Positions 1 to 9,998 of a DNA stretch of 64,000 nt are shown piece by piece. This DNA comes from a bacterium (GTDB lineage: Bacteria > JADJOY01), in assembly GCA_046331705.1 (NCBI GenBank), contig JAXLQJ010000011.1:1-64000 (forward strand), read 5' to 3'. The notes beneath the pieces are model-generated. The model made no database searches. It saw only the letters and a program-made list of their open reading frames with translations, and was not told the origin of the DNA. Position 1 is the stretch's first letter, and every line of letters begins with the position of its first letter. Made by a program: the position numbers and the translations under genes.

Positions 1-1
1 G

Positions 2-1102
2 GTCCTGGGAGTCATCGGGCGTAACGGCTCGGGCAAGTCGACGCTCCTCAAGATCTTGGCGCGGATCACGGACCCGAGCGAAGGCTGGGCTCGGATCCGC
101 GGTCGGGTCGGCTCATTGCTCGAGGTCGGCACCGGCTTTCATCCCGACCTCACCGGACGCGAGAACGTGTTCCTGAACGGCGCCGTGCTCGGGATGCGTC
201 GCGACGAGGTGCGCCGCAAATTCGACGAGATCGTGGCCTTCGCGGGAGTCGAGGCGTTCCTCGACACGCCCGTGAAGCGGTATTCCTCGGGGATGCAGAT
301 GCGGCTCGCGTTCGCGGTCGCCGCGCACCTCGATCCCGAGATCCTGCTCGTCGACGAGGTGCTGGCGGTCGGCGACGCCGCGTTCCAGAAGCGTTGCCAC
401 GGCCGCATCCAGGAGGTCGCGCGCGAGGGACGCACGATCTTGTTCGTCAGTCACGCCATGGATTCGGTGCGACGGCTCTGCGATCGGGTGGTCTGGTTGC
501 ACGAGGGGCGGGTGCGGATGATCGGCGATGCCGCGCACTGCGTGCAGACGTACCTCTACGGCCAGATCGACGGGAGCGGCGAGCGCCGCTTCGAGCCGGC
601 GCTGCGGTTTCCTGGCGGGATTCCGATCCGCGTCGAGCGCGTCTCGGTGAGCGACCCCGCGCGCGGCGTCCCGACGCTGCGGTTTTCCTGTGCGTCCCCG
701 ATTCGCATCGAGATCGAATGGACGAGCGAGGTGCCGCTCACGAAGCCGCGGATCGGGATCGTCTTGCGCGCCGGCGACGGTCACGAGATCGTGACCTCGC
801 TCGACACCACGAGCTGGGCGGTGGGTGAGCTCGCCGCCGGCCGCCGCGTCTCGTCGACGACGCTCCCGGGGAAGCTGCTCAACGAAGGCGAGTACCTGCT
901 CGAGATCGGAGCCGATTGCCTGCGACCGGCCCACGGCTTCCGACCGAATCGCACCGAGCCGCTCGTCGAGCTGATCGTGGAGGACGACAACACGCTGCCC
1001 GGCAAGTACTACGGCGAGGAGGGCTTTCGCGACGCACGCTGGCCAGGCGACCTCTTGCTTCACCTCGCCTGGGAGCAACGGGACATCGAGCCGCGCTCGT
1101 GA
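2..1102 (+). CDS. wzt: Polysaccharide ABC transporter ATP-binding protein (Wzt) with C-terminal carbohydrate-binding domain; 5' truncated by window edge
   Basis: Frame open from base 2: Walker [10 protein letters not shown], signature [11 protein letters not shown], Walker B ILLVDE, VSH; beta-rich C-terminal extension typical of Wzt_C. Confidence 0.9.
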   Translation, partial: VLGVIGRNGSGKSTLLKILARITDPSEGWARIRGRVGSLLEVGTGFHPDLTGRENVFLNGAVLGMRRDEVRRKFDEIVAFAGVEAFLDTPVKRYSSGMQMRLAFAVAAHLDPEILLVDEVLAVGDAAFQKRCHGRIQEVAREGRTILFVSHAMDSVRRLCDRVVWLHEGRVRMIGDAAHCVQTYLYGQIDGSGERRFEPALRFPGGIPIRVERVSVSDPARGVPTLRFSCASPIRIEIEWTSEVPLTKPRIGIVLRAGDGHEIVTSLDTTSWAVGELAAGRRVSSTTLPGKLLNEGEYLLEIGADCLRPAHGFRPNRTEPLVELIVEDDNTLPGKYYGEEGFRDARWPGDLLLHLAWEQRDIEPRS

Positions 1103-2196
1103 ACCTCTTTCACACCCACATCGCCCCTCGCGCCGTCGAGCTCGCGGTGGAGACGCTCCGCTCTGGCTTCGTGAGCGAGGGGAAGATGGTCGAGCGCTTC
1201 GAGGCCGCGCTGGCGGCCGAGCTGGGTCTCGTCCAGCCTGTCGCGCTCGCGAGCGGCACGGCGGCGCTGCACCTCGCGCTGGCGGTGGCCGGAGTCGGCC
1301 CGGGCGACGAGGTCATCCTCCCTCCGCAGACCTTCGTCGCGACCGGATTGGCGGTGCTCCACGCGGGAGCCACTCCGGTGTTCGCGGACATCGATCCCAC
1401 GACCGGCAACCTCGACCCCGCGTCCGCCGCCGCCCGCGTCACGGATCGCACGCGCGCCATCCTCACGGTGCACTGGGCGGGCTCGCCGTGTGCCCTCGAC
1501 GCACTCGCCGCGATCGCCTCGGCGCACGGCATCCCGGTGATCGAGGACGCCGCGCACGCGCTCGGAGCCACGTACCGCGGCCGTCCGATCGGCGCCATCT
1601 CCCGGTTCACGTGCTTCTCCTTCCAGGCGATCAAGCACCTCACCACCGGTGACGGCGGCGCGCTCTGCTGCACCGAGATCGCCGATCGCGACGAGGCGCG
1701 CCGCCGCCGTTGGTTCGGGATCGATCGCGCCCGGGATCAGCCCGACGAGCTGGGCGAGCGCGTCTACGTGCTCGAGAAGGTGGGATTCAAGTACCACATG
1801 AACGACGTCGCGGCCGCGATCGGTCTCGGCAACCTGCCCGATCATGCGCCTCGCCTCGCGCGGCGGCGCGAGATCGACCGTCGCTACCGCGCGGCGCTCG
1901 CCGGCGTGCCCGGCGTGCGACTGCTGCGAGTCGAGCCCGAGAGCGCGTCGGCGTGTTGGCTCTTCACGGTCCGGGTCGACGGCCGCGGGTCGTTGGTCCG
2001 CAAGGCGGCCGAGGCGGGCGTGCCCGTGTCCGTGATAAACCGGCGAATCGATCGTCATCCGCTCTTCGGTGGCTGCCGTCCCGATCTGCCTGGCCAGGCG
2101 GTCTTCGACCAGGAGCAGCTTTCGTTGCCTGCCCACGACGCGCTCAGCGACGACGACGTCGAGCGCGTCATCGGGCTCTTGCGGTCGGGCTGGTGA
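1099..2196 (+). CDS. DegT/DnrJ/EryC1/StrS family PLP-dependent aminotransferase
   Basis: [37 protein letters not shown] (PLP Lys); GTG start overlaps wzt stop (GTGA). Confidence 0.92.
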   Translation: MNLFHTHIAPRAVELAVETLRSGFVSEGKMVERFEAALAAELGLVQPVALASGTAALHLALAVAGVGPGDEVILPPQTFVATGLAVLHAGATPVFADIDPTTGNLDPASAAARVTDRTRAILTVHWAGSPCALDALAAIASAHGIPVIEDAAHALGATYRGRPIGAISRFTCFSFQAIKHLTTGDGGALCCTEIADRDEARRRRWFGIDRARDQPDELGERVYVLEKVGFKYHMNDVAAAIGLGNLPDHAPRLARRREIDRRYRAALAGVPGVRLLRVEPESASACWLFTVRVDGRGSLVRKAAEAGVPVSVINRRIDRHPLFGGCRPDLPGQAVFDQEQLSLPAHDALSDDDVERVIGLLRSGW

Positions 2197-2221
2197 GCCG
2201 GACCGAGACGAGGTGGAACGC

Positions 2222-3154
2222 GTGAACGTGCTGATCACCGGCGGAGCGGGTTACGTGGGCTCGATCCTGGCCGAGCATCTTCTCGATCGCGGCCATCGCG
2301 TCACGGTCATCGACAACCTGCTGTGGGGCGAGCAGAACCTCTTCCACCTCTGCGCCGATCCGCGCTTCGAGTTCATCTTCGGCGATGCACGCGACGAGGC
2401 GCTGCTCAGCCGAACGCTCGCCGGGATGGACGTGCTGGTCCCGCTCGCGTGCATCGTCGGCGCGCCGGCCTGCGATCGCGATCCCGAGCTCGCGACCTCG
2501 CTCAACTTCGGCGCGGTGCGCAGCCTGAACCGGCTGCGCAGCCGCGACCAGCTCGTGATCTTTCCCACCACGAACAGCGGCTACGGCACCAAGTCGGGCG
2601 ACGTCTTCTGCACCGAGGAGACGCCGCTCGAGCCGATCTCGCTCTACGGGCGCACCAAGGTCGACGCGGAGAAGCTGCTTCTCGACGCCGGCAACGCGAT
2701 CACGCTCAGGCTCGCGACGGTCTTCGGCCTGTCGCCACGCATGCGGCTCGACCTGTTGGTCAACCACTTCACGTATCTGGCGCTGACCGAGGGCAGCCTG
2801 GTGCTCTTCGAGAAGGACTTCAAACGGAACTTCGTGCACGTGCGAGACGTGGCGGATTGCTTCGCCTATTGCATCGATCACGCCGCCGCCATGATCGGCA
2901 AGCCCTACAACCTCGGCCTCGACAGCGCGAATCTCTCCAAGGCGGAGCTCGCCGAGAAGATCGCGGCGCACGTTCCCGGCCTCGCGGTGATCGCCTCCGA
3001 GGTGCGCTCGGATCCCGACAAGCGGAACTACGTGGTGTCCAACGAGCGCCTGCGTCAGGCGGGATTCGAGGCGCGTCGTGACCTGGACCAGGGGATTGCG
3101 GAGCTGCTGAAGGGTTACCGGCTGCTGGGGCGGCGAAGGTTCGCGAACGTATGA
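2222..3154 (+). CDS. NAD-dependent nucleotide-sugar epimerase/dehydratase (extended SDR)
   Basis: TGGAGYVG Rossmann motif, YGRTK (YxxxK); GAGGTG RBS before GTG 2222. Confidence 0.9.
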   Translation: MNVLITGGAGYVGSILAEHLLDRGHRVTVIDNLLWGEQNLFHLCADPRFEFIFGDARDEALLSRTLAGMDVLVPLACIVGAPACDRDPELATSLNFGAVRSLNRLRSRDQLVIFPTTNSGYGTKSGDVFCTEETPLEPISLYGRTKVDAEKLLLDAGNAITLRLATVFGLSPRMRLDLLVNHFTYLALTEGSLVLFEKDFKRNFVHVRDVADCFAYCIDHAAAMIGKPYNLGLDSANLSKAELAEKIAAHVPGLAVIASEVRSDPDKRNYVVSNERLRQAGFEARRDLDQGIAELLKGYRLLGRRRFANV

Positions 3155-3948
3155 CGCTCGCCGACGGGTCGCGTCCGGACGAGCGTCACTCGCGCGTACC
3201 CACGGTGTCCGCGACGACCGCGGTGGTCCTGGTCGGCGGGCTGGGCACGCGCTTGCGCGCGAGCGTGCCGGACCGGCCGAAGTTCCTGGCGCCGGTCGCC
3301 GGCCGCCCGTTCGCCAGCTATCTGCTCGCCCACCTCGCCGCGCAGGGCGTGCGCGACGTGGTGCTCTGCATCGGACACCTGGCCGATCAGGTCGAGGATC
3401 ATTGCGGCGACGGCTCGACGTGGGGCCTCGAGATCCGCTACAGCCGGGAGCCCGAGCCGCTCGGCACGGGCGGTGCGCTGCGCCATGCGCGCGACGCCAT
3501 CCGATCCGACCCGTTTCTCGTGCTCAATGGGGATTCCTTCGTCCAGGTCGACCTCGCGGTGTTGCTGCGCGAGCACGCGGCGCGCGGCGGGCTCGCAACG
3601 CTGGTGGTGGCGCCCTGCGCCGACACCTCGCGCTTCGGACGCATCGAGCTCGGCGAGCAAGGCGTCGTCCTGCGCTTCGTCGAGAAGGGCGTCGACGGCG
3701 AAGGGTGGATCAACGCGGGGATCTACGCGCTCTCCCGTGCGCTGCTCGATCGGATCCCGGCCGGGGCGGCGTCGGTCGAGCGGGACGTGTTCGCGCGGCT
3801 GCCCGTGGGAAGCCTGTTCGTGACGAGGACGGCGGGGCCGCTCATCGACATCGGCACTCCGGAGTCGCTCGCGGAGGCCGCCATCACGCTGCCCGCGTTG
3901 ATCGAGCAGCCCGTTGGGGAGCCGCGCGACGTGACGACGGTCTCTTGA
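3151..3948 (+). CDS. Sugar-phosphate nucleotidyltransferase, HddC-like (heptose-1-phosphate guanylyltransferase family)
   Basis: LVGGLGTRL, PK, EPLGTGGAL, LNGDS, INAGIY, IDIGTPE; adjacent to HddA-like kinase. Confidence 0.82.
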   Translation: MTLADGSRPDERHSRVPTVSATTAVVLVGGLGTRLRASVPDRPKFLAPVAGRPFASYLLAHLAAQGVRDVVLCIGHLADQVEDHCGDGSTWGLEIRYSREPEPLGTGGALRHARDAIRSDPFLVLNGDSFVQVDLAVLLREHAARGGLATLVVAPCADTSRFGRIELGEQGVVLRFVEKGVDGEGWINAGIYALSRALLDRIPAGAASVERDVFARLPVGSLFVTRTAGPLIDIGTPESLAEAAITLPALIEQPVGEPRDVTTVS

Positions 3949-3958
3949 GGCGAGCATC

Positions 3959-4954
3959 ATGATCATCACGCGCACACCGCTCAGGATCAGCTTCCTCGGA
4001 GGCGGCACCGACTATCCCGAGCATTTTCGTCGTCACGGCGGACAGACGCTCGGCACCACGATCGACAAGTACTCGTACGTCACGCTCAACCGTTTGGCCG
4101 AGCTCTTCGACTACACGATTCGCATCGGCTACTCGCGCACCGAGCTCGTCACGCACCTCGAGCAGATCCAGCATCCGGCGGTTCGCGAGTGCCTGCGCTT
4201 TCTGTCGATCGAGCGCGGTGTCGAGATCGGCTACGCGGGCGACCTGCCGGCCCGCACCGGTTTGGGATCTTCTTCGTCGTTCACGGTGGGGCTCTTGCAC
4301 GCGCTGCACGCGTTCCGCGGCGAGCTGGTCCATCACCAGCAGCTCGCTTGCGAAGCGGTTCAGGTGGAGCAGGACATGATCCGCGAACGTGTGGGCGTGC
4401 AGGATCAGTACCTCTGCGCCCACGGTGGCCTCCGTCATCTGCGGATCGATACCGACGGCACCGTGATGGCGAACCCGATCCCGATGTCGAGCGAGCGGCG
4501 CACCGATCTGGAGCGCCACCTGATGCTGCTCTACACGGGATTGCAGCGCCACGCCCACGAGGTTCTCGAGGAGCAGATCGACCGCACGCGCGAGGGAACC
4601 AACGCGCCGGATCTCGAGGCACTCTCCGCGCTGGTTCCCGAAGGCGTCGCCATCCTGAGCCGGGACTCGATCCCCATCACGGAGTTCGGCGGCGTCCTCG
4701 ACGCGGCGTGGCGCATCAAGTGCCGGCTCTCTTCCAAGGTCAGCAACCCGAAGCTCGACGACTGGTACGAGCGCGCTCGCGCCGCGGGAGCCGTGGGCGG
4801 CAAGCTGCTGGGCGCCGGCGGGGGCGGCTTCCTGCTGCTCCTCGCCCCGCCGAGCCGCCAGCCCGAGGTGCTCGCAGCGCTCCCGGAGCTGCGCCCGGTC
4901 CCGTTCCGTTTCGAGCGGGAAGGCTCGACACTGCTCTTCTATCGGCCGGCGTGA
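3959..4954 (+). CDS. hddA: GHMP kinase, HddA-like (D-glycero-alpha-D-manno-heptose-7-phosphate kinase family)
   Basis: RTPLRISFLGGGTDYP, DLPARTGLGSSS, GVQDQY, GGKLLGAGGGGF. Confidence 0.85.
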   Translation: MIITRTPLRISFLGGGTDYPEHFRRHGGQTLGTTIDKYSYVTLNRLAELFDYTIRIGYSRTELVTHLEQIQHPAVRECLRFLSIERGVEIGYAGDLPARTGLGSSSSFTVGLLHALHAFRGELVHHQQLACEAVQVEQDMIRERVGVQDQYLCAHGGLRHLRIDTDGTVMANPIPMSSERRTDLERHLMLLYTGLQRHAHEVLEEQIDRTREGTNAPDLEALSALVPEGVAILSRDSIPITEFGGVLDAAWRIKCRLSSKVSNPKLDDWYERARAAGAVGGKLLGAGGGGFLLLLAPPSRQPEVLAALPELRPVPFRFEREGSTLLFYRPA

Positions 4955-4994
4955 CGATCGTGCGAGCGGGTGCTTCTTGGGACAGGATGAGACC

Positions 4995-5993
4995 ATGAAT
5001 CGCAACGCGTTCTGGCAAGGCAAGCGGGTCCTGGTGACCGGCGCCTCGGGGTTCGTCGGACGGAACCTGGTGCCGCTCGTTCGCGACACCGGCTGCGAGC
5101 TCTTCACGCCCACCCGGCACGACTACGACCTCCTCGAGCAAGACCAGGTGCGGCGGATGTTCGCGGAGATCCGCCCGGAGGTCGTGCTGCACCTCGCGGC
5201 GCTCAGCGCCGGAATCCTCGCGAACAAGCAATATCCGGCATCGTTCTGCTACCAGAACCTGCTGATGGAAACGATGGTCATGCACGAGGCCTCCGCCGCG
5301 GGGGTCAGGAAGTACGTGACCTTGATGGGCGGGTGCAGCTACCCCGCCCACGCGCCGAGCCCCATCCGCGAGACCGAGCTCTGGAACGGCTTCCCGCAAC
5401 CGGAGAGCGCGCCGTACTCGTTGGCCAAGGCGATGAACGTCATCCTGGCGGATTCCTACCGGCGCCAGCACGGCTTCGACGCCATCGTCCTCGTTCCCGG
5501 AAATCTCTACGGCCCCCACGACAACTACGACCTGAGCAACTCGCACGTGATCCCCGCGACCATTCGCAAGTTCTGGGAGGCTCGCGAGCGCGGCGATCGG
5601 GTGGTGGTCTCGTGGGGATCCGGCCGACCCGTTCGGGACTTCGTGTACGTGGAGGATGTCTGTCGCGCCATCGTGCTCGCGACCGAGACCTACTCGAGCA
5701 GCGACATCGTCAACATCTCCTCGGGCGTTCCAGTCACGATCCGCGAGCTGGTGGAGACCGTCGCGGAGCTCACCGGCTTCGCGGGCGAAGTGCGCTGGGA
5801 CACGAGCAAGCCCGACGGGCAGATGGAAAAGGGCTTCGACGTCACCCGCCTGCGCGAGCGCCTCGGCTACACGTGCCCGACCAGCTTGCGCGCGGGCCTC
5901 GCCAAGACGATCGCGTGGTTCACCGAGAGCCACGACGCCGTTCGCCTCGACGTGCCGGTGGAGCCGGCGAGCGCCGTCGCCGCACCGCGCTGA
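4995..5993 (+). CDS. GDP-L-fucose synthase-family epimerase/reductase (Fcl/WcaG-like)
   Basis: TGASGFVG, HLAA, CSYP, YSLAK, PGNLYGPHDNYDLSNSHVIPA, WGSG..RDFVYVED, DTSKPDG. Confidence 0.88.
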   Translation: MNRNAFWQGKRVLVTGASGFVGRNLVPLVRDTGCELFTPTRHDYDLLEQDQVRRMFAEIRPEVVLHLAALSAGILANKQYPASFCYQNLLMETMVMHEASAAGVRKYVTLMGGCSYPAHAPSPIRETELWNGFPQPESAPYSLAKAMNVILADSYRRQHGFDAIVLVPGNLYGPHDNYDLSNSHVIPATIRKFWEARERGDRVVVSWGSGRPVRDFVYVEDVCRAIVLATETYSSSDIVNISSGVPVTIRELVETVAELTGFAGEVRWDTSKPDGQMEKGFDVTRLRERLGYTCPTSLRAGLAKTIAWFTESHDAVRLDVPVEPASAVAAPR

Positions 5994-6189
5994 AAGGGAG
6001 CGCCGGAGGTCGCCCCGGCGCGCGAGCCATCATCGCCATGCTTTCGCGCCAACGCGCGTCGCTGGTGGCGAGATTGGCATCCGATCGGATCGCGTCCCGG
6101 CCCGTCCGTGCTCGCCGCGCGCATCTGCACGCCATGGGCGTGCAGTGCTAGCCTCGCGGCGCACGCGAGGCAGCGAAGGCGAGGATCCG

Positions 6190-6966
6190 ATGCACGACGA
6201 AGCGTCGAAGAGTGCGATCGTCACCGCGAAGAGCTACGCGTCGGCGGAGGAGGCCCGCGCCTACGATGAGCTGCTCGCGATGAGTCGGCAGTCGTCGATT
6301 CCCGACCGTGAGGTGCTGGCAAATCTGGGACTCTTCCGCACGCGCGTGTCTCTCGGGCGCACGCTCTTCATGTACAAGCTCTACCTGAAGGCGCTGGAGA
6401 CTCACGGTGTGATCATGGAGTTCGGCGCGCGTTGGGGTCAGAACCTCGCGCTGTTCACCACCTTCCGCTCGATCCACGAGCCCTACAACCTCAGCCGACG
6501 GATCATCGGATTCGACACGTTCACCGGCTTTCCGTCCGTCCACCCCTCGGATGGCAGCTCCTCGACCGCCCAGCCGGGTGTGCTCTCCGTCACGCCCGGC
6601 TACGAGGATTACCTCGGCAAGCTGCTGGAGGCTCACGAACGGCTCGCCCCACGCAGCCACGTCAAGAAGCACCAGCTGGTCAAAGGAGACGTTCTCGAGA
6701 CGCTGCCCGCCTATCTCGAGGAGCATCCGGAGACGATCATCGCGTTGGCGTACTTCGACCTCGATCTCTACGAGCCGACGAAGCGGTGCCTGGAGCTGAT
6801 CAAGCCATTCCTGGCCAAGAACAGCGTGATCGGTTTCGACGAGCTCGTCCTCGGCGAGTATCCGGGCGAGACCGTGGCGCTCCGCGAGGCCTGGGGCCTC
6901 GGCGGCTTCGACATCGTGCGAGACCCGATCTCGCCGCAGCAGAGCTATCTGATCTTCGGCGCGTAG
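6190..6966 (+). CDS. TylF/MycF-like sugar O-methyltransferase family protein
   Basis: GVIMEFG, IIGFDTFTGFP, LVKGDV, AYFDLDLYEPT, IGFDE, PGET. Confidence 0.75.
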   Translation: MHDEASKSAIVTAKSYASAEEARAYDELLAMSRQSSIPDREVLANLGLFRTRVSLGRTLFMYKLYLKALETHGVIMEFGARWGQNLALFTTFRSIHEPYNLSRRIIGFDTFTGFPSVHPSDGSSSTAQPGVLSVTPGYEDYLGKLLEAHERLAPRSHVKKHQLVKGDVLETLPAYLEEHPETIIALAYFDLDLYEPTKRCLELIKPFLAKNSVIGFDELVLGEYPGETVALREAWGLGGFDIVRDPISPQQSYLIFGA

Positions 6967-7058
6967 ACCTCGGCGGCGCGTCGAACCTCGTTGGCGCTCG
7001 CACCTCGGGCACTACGCGGACGGTGAAAGACCGTCGGCCATCGTCTTGCGAGCGCGGG

Positions 7059-7607
7059 TCAGCCGTAGCCGAGGGCCGCCGCAGCGGCCCTCATCTTCTC
7101 GCTGGGACGCCGACGTACCGGACGTGCTGGGATGCCGGCGTAGACCGTCCACGCCTCCGTGTCCTGTGTGACCAGCGAGCACGCCGATACCACGGAGCCC
7201 TCGCGGAGTGTCACGCCGGGAAGAATCACGGCGTTGCTGCCCACTCCCGCGAATCGCTCCAACACCACGGGTCCGACGATCAGCCGGTCTCGATAGGCCG
7301 CGGGGACCGTCGGGCTGTTGAGGCCTTCGCCTTGGTACTCCTCGCTGACGCAGACGATGCGAACTCCAGCGGCGATGCCGGAGAAGTGCTCCATGCGGAA
7401 CCGTCCCTGTTCGCCGCCGATCACGGTGGTGTACGGGGCGATGTGGACGTAGTCGCCGATCTCGGCGTTCGTCGTGCAATAGAAGCCGGAATCGATGGCG
7501 ACGTGATTGCCGACGGATACGAGGTGCGGCCGCCGGATCTCGACGTTCCCGCTGATGAACACGTCCTCCCCGCAGGACTTGAGCTGACTGTAGTCGTATT
7601 CGTTCAT
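7059..7607 (-). CDS. Hexapeptide-repeat (left-handed beta-helix) acyltransferase
   Basis: Repeats VGNHVAI/IGDYVHI, ILPGVTL, YAGIPAR; 27 bp downstream of LuxE-LuxC gene on the same strand. Confidence 0.88.
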   Translation of the reverse strand: MNEYDYSQLKSCGEDVFISGNVEIRRPHLVSVGNHVAIDSGFYCTTNAEIGDYVHIAPYTTVIGGEQGRFRMEHFSGIAAGVRIVCVSEEYQGEGLNSPTVPAAYRDRLIVGPVVLERFAGVGSNAVILPGVTLREGSVVSACSLVTQDTEAWTVYAGIPARPVRRRPSEKMRAAAAALGYG

Positions 7608-7634
7608 CGCCTCGTCATCGCTTCGTGATCCCGG

Positions 7635-9998
7635 TCAGGCGATCACGACTCGTCGGGTGAGCTCGCTCAGCAGCACGTAACCATCCCAGGTGGGGCCGAA
7701 CGCGAGCGCTTGCCCCATGGGTACGACTCGATCGACGCCGTGGGTGGTGAACGTTCTCGCCGCGTGCAGCATCTCGTCACGCGTGAAGCCGACGTAGCCG
7801 AGCGTCTGGTCGTCCGGCTGCACGAGCTCCTCGAGTTGAGCGAGTTCCGTGAGGAAGGCCTCGACGAAGAATCCGCCGCCGACGCGATCACGGCATGCGG
7901 CCAGCTCCTCGAGCCGCGCGCGCACCACGACCGGCTCCGTCGCACGTCTGCCGCTGATCCAGCTCGTCGTCCCGCTGCGGGCCGCGAGCTCGGCGACCTT
8001 GACTCGCTGGTCCATGAGTAGCGCGGGGCGCTCCGGCGCCGGGCGCTGCAACAGCTCGGCGGCCAGCGCCGACCAGAAGGCCCGGCTCGCGGACTCGCAC
8101 TCGGCAAGCGAGCCGACGAAATACACGGTTTGCGGCGACGAGCACGCGAGCTGGTCGAAGAGGTACGCATCGTTTCGGAACGCGTGAGCGATCGGACCGC
8201 GTGCCTCCGTGGTCAGTGCCAGGTAGCGCGCAGCATTCACGACGCACGAGGACAGCTTGTCGGCGAAAGCGACGTCACGAGTCGTCGGCCGGGCTGGCAG
8301 CGCGCGAATGCGCTGGACCGTCTGGTCGCCACCCCAGATCACGCGCGCGTTGGCGACCTGCGAGAGCCAGCCGCTGGTGCGATCGTCGTGGTCGTAGGTC
8401 AGCACCACGTTCCGCTCGCGGATCGGGGCGAGCGGAGACGATTCCAGCAGGCGCGAGATCGCATCGCAGATCGCTGCCACGTGCGGCGGGATCTCGCGTG
8501 AGATCCGAACGACGTTCGCGTTCCCGGCCAGCAGGGCGATCGCCCACGAGTAGAGGAACATCACGTCGACGTTGGATGGCGTCACGTGGAAGACCAGACC
8601 GACCGGCTGGACGATCTCGTCGGGCGAGAGGCTCTGCTCGAAGCGACGCGCCATCGCGTGCACGTGGCTCCGTCGCAGCCAGAAGGCGAGCGCGAGGAGG
8701 TCGGGGCGCATCTGCACGTCCGGGAGTCTGCGGAGCTCTTCGCCGACGGCGTCGAGGAACTCGACGATCAGCGGATCGAACGGTGTCATCGGGCGCCGCG
8801 CCAGGAACCCCGGCGTGCAGAGCGCTTCCACCGCCGGCGCGGTCGCGCGATGCGGGATGAGCTGAAGGACCGTGGCGTCGCGAGCTTCGGGCGCGGGCTC
8901 TGCCCTGGCAGCGTGAACGTCGCTGCACCCCCGCAGCTCGGCGCGCGGCGCGCGCCCGCGGACGACGAAGCGCGTGCCGTATCGTCCACAGGGACAGTCG
9001 TCGACGCCGAGAATCTGGCCGAGGTCCTCGGTGAGAATCGAATGACCCGGGTAGCTCCGCGGAAGGACGCTCGCGGTTTGGATGAGGCCAGTTTCTCCGA
9101 GGTCGGCCACGGACCAGTCGTGCGCGCGACGGATGAGTACGTCGGCGACGTTCGGGGAGTGCAGGAAGCCGTGCTCGCACTCCATGTAGACGCCGCCGAC
9201 TTGCTCGACCATGCCGTAGTAGTCGTGCACGCGCTCGATCCCGAGTTGCTCGGCGAGCGCGTCCTTGAAGCGCCGATTGTCGACGGACTGGTCGGCGAGC
9301 TTCTTCCAGCCGCCGCCGTGGATGAGCACGGCGGCGTGAAGGGGGAGCCGCGCACCGCGTCGCTGAAGCTCGCGATACAGGTGCTGCCAGACCAAGAACG
9401 TGAAGCCGAACACGAAGATCGATTCGCCGGCGTGACGCTGGAGGTAGGTCTCGAGCCCGGCGAGGTCGAGCTGTCCGTGGTCGTCCAAGGCGAAGAACGG
9501 ATCGCGCCCGAAGCTCGAGAACCCGACGATCGCCGCCCCACGAGCCGCCAGCTCGCCGCGAGCCCGCATCACCTCGCGCGAGTCCACGATGATCATCGGT
9601 CGTCGCTTCCAGCCGAGGAAGGCGCTCACCACCGCGGCCAACGCGCGCGTCTGGAGCGTCGCGGTCGCGCGATCGAGGGCGATGCGCGAGGGCTGCTGCG
9701 AGGTGGTCCCGCTCGACGTGAGCGTGCGGACCACGTCCTCCGCCGGGACGCTGCGCAGCTCGAGCGTCTTGAAGAGCCGTGCAGGAAGAAGCGGGATCGC
9801 CGCGAGGCTGGTGGGTGGGAGAGCCGCTTCCGCCGCCAGGCACCGCACGATTCGATCGTAGGCGGCGCAGCGAGTCCGATGGTGCTCCGTCAAACGCGCG
9901 AGCTCGGGGACGAGCAGCGCCCACTTCTCGGCACATCGCAGCGAGTACTGCGGCGCATCGAGAAGCTGGTCGGCCGAGGTCGAGCTAGTCGAGTTCAC
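7635..9998 (-). CDS. Fused acyl-protein synthetase (LuxE-like) and acyl-CoA reductase (LuxC-like)
   Basis: LuxE motifs TSSGTT, FGFTF, HGGGWKK, DYYGMVE, ILTEDLG, CPCGR, ELRGCSD; then LuxC motifs FHVTPSNV, LLAGNANVVR, WGGD, FDQLACSSP, GVDRVVPMG, WDG; no internal stop. Confidence 0.85.
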   Translation of the reverse strand: MNSTSSTSADQLLDAPQYSLRCAEKWALLVPELARLTEHHRTRCAAYDRIVRCLAAEAALPPTSLAAIPLLPARLFKTLELRSVPAEDVVRTLTSSGTTSQQPSRIALDRATATLQTRALAAVVSAFLGWKRRPMIIVDSREVMRARGELAARGAAIVGFSSFGRDPFFALDDHGQLDLAGLETYLQRHAGESIFVFGFTFLVWQHLYRELQRRGARLPLHAAVLIHGGGWKKLADQSVDNRRFKDALAEQLGIERVHDYYGMVEQVGGVYMECEHGFLHSPNVADVLIRRAHDWSVADLGETGLIQTASVLPRSYPGHSILTEDLGQILGVDDCPCGRYGTRFVVRGRAPRAELRGCSDVHAARAEPAPEARDATVLQLIPHRATAPAVEALCTPGFLARRPMTPFDPLIVEFLDAVGEELRRLPDVQMRPDLLALAFWLRRSHVHAMARRFEQSLSPDEIVQPVGLVFHVTPSNVDVMFLYSWAIALLAGNANVVRISREIPPHVAAICDAISRLLESSPLAPIRERNVVLTYDHDDRTSGWLSQVANARVIWGGDQTVQRIRALPARPTTRDVAFADKLSSCVVNAARYLALTTEARGPIAHAFRNDAYLFDQLACSSPQTVYFVGSLAECESASRAFWSALAAELLQRPAPERPALLMDQRVKVAELAARSGTTSWISGRRATEPVVVRARLEELAACRDRVGGGFFVEAFLTELAQLEELVQPDDQTLGYVGFTRDEMLHAARTFTTHGVDRVVPMGQALAFGPTWDGYVLLSELTRRVVIA

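Noticed and set aside
7635-9998. Bioluminescence (lux) operon
   Set aside because: No luxA/luxB/luxD in the window; context is glycan biosynthesis
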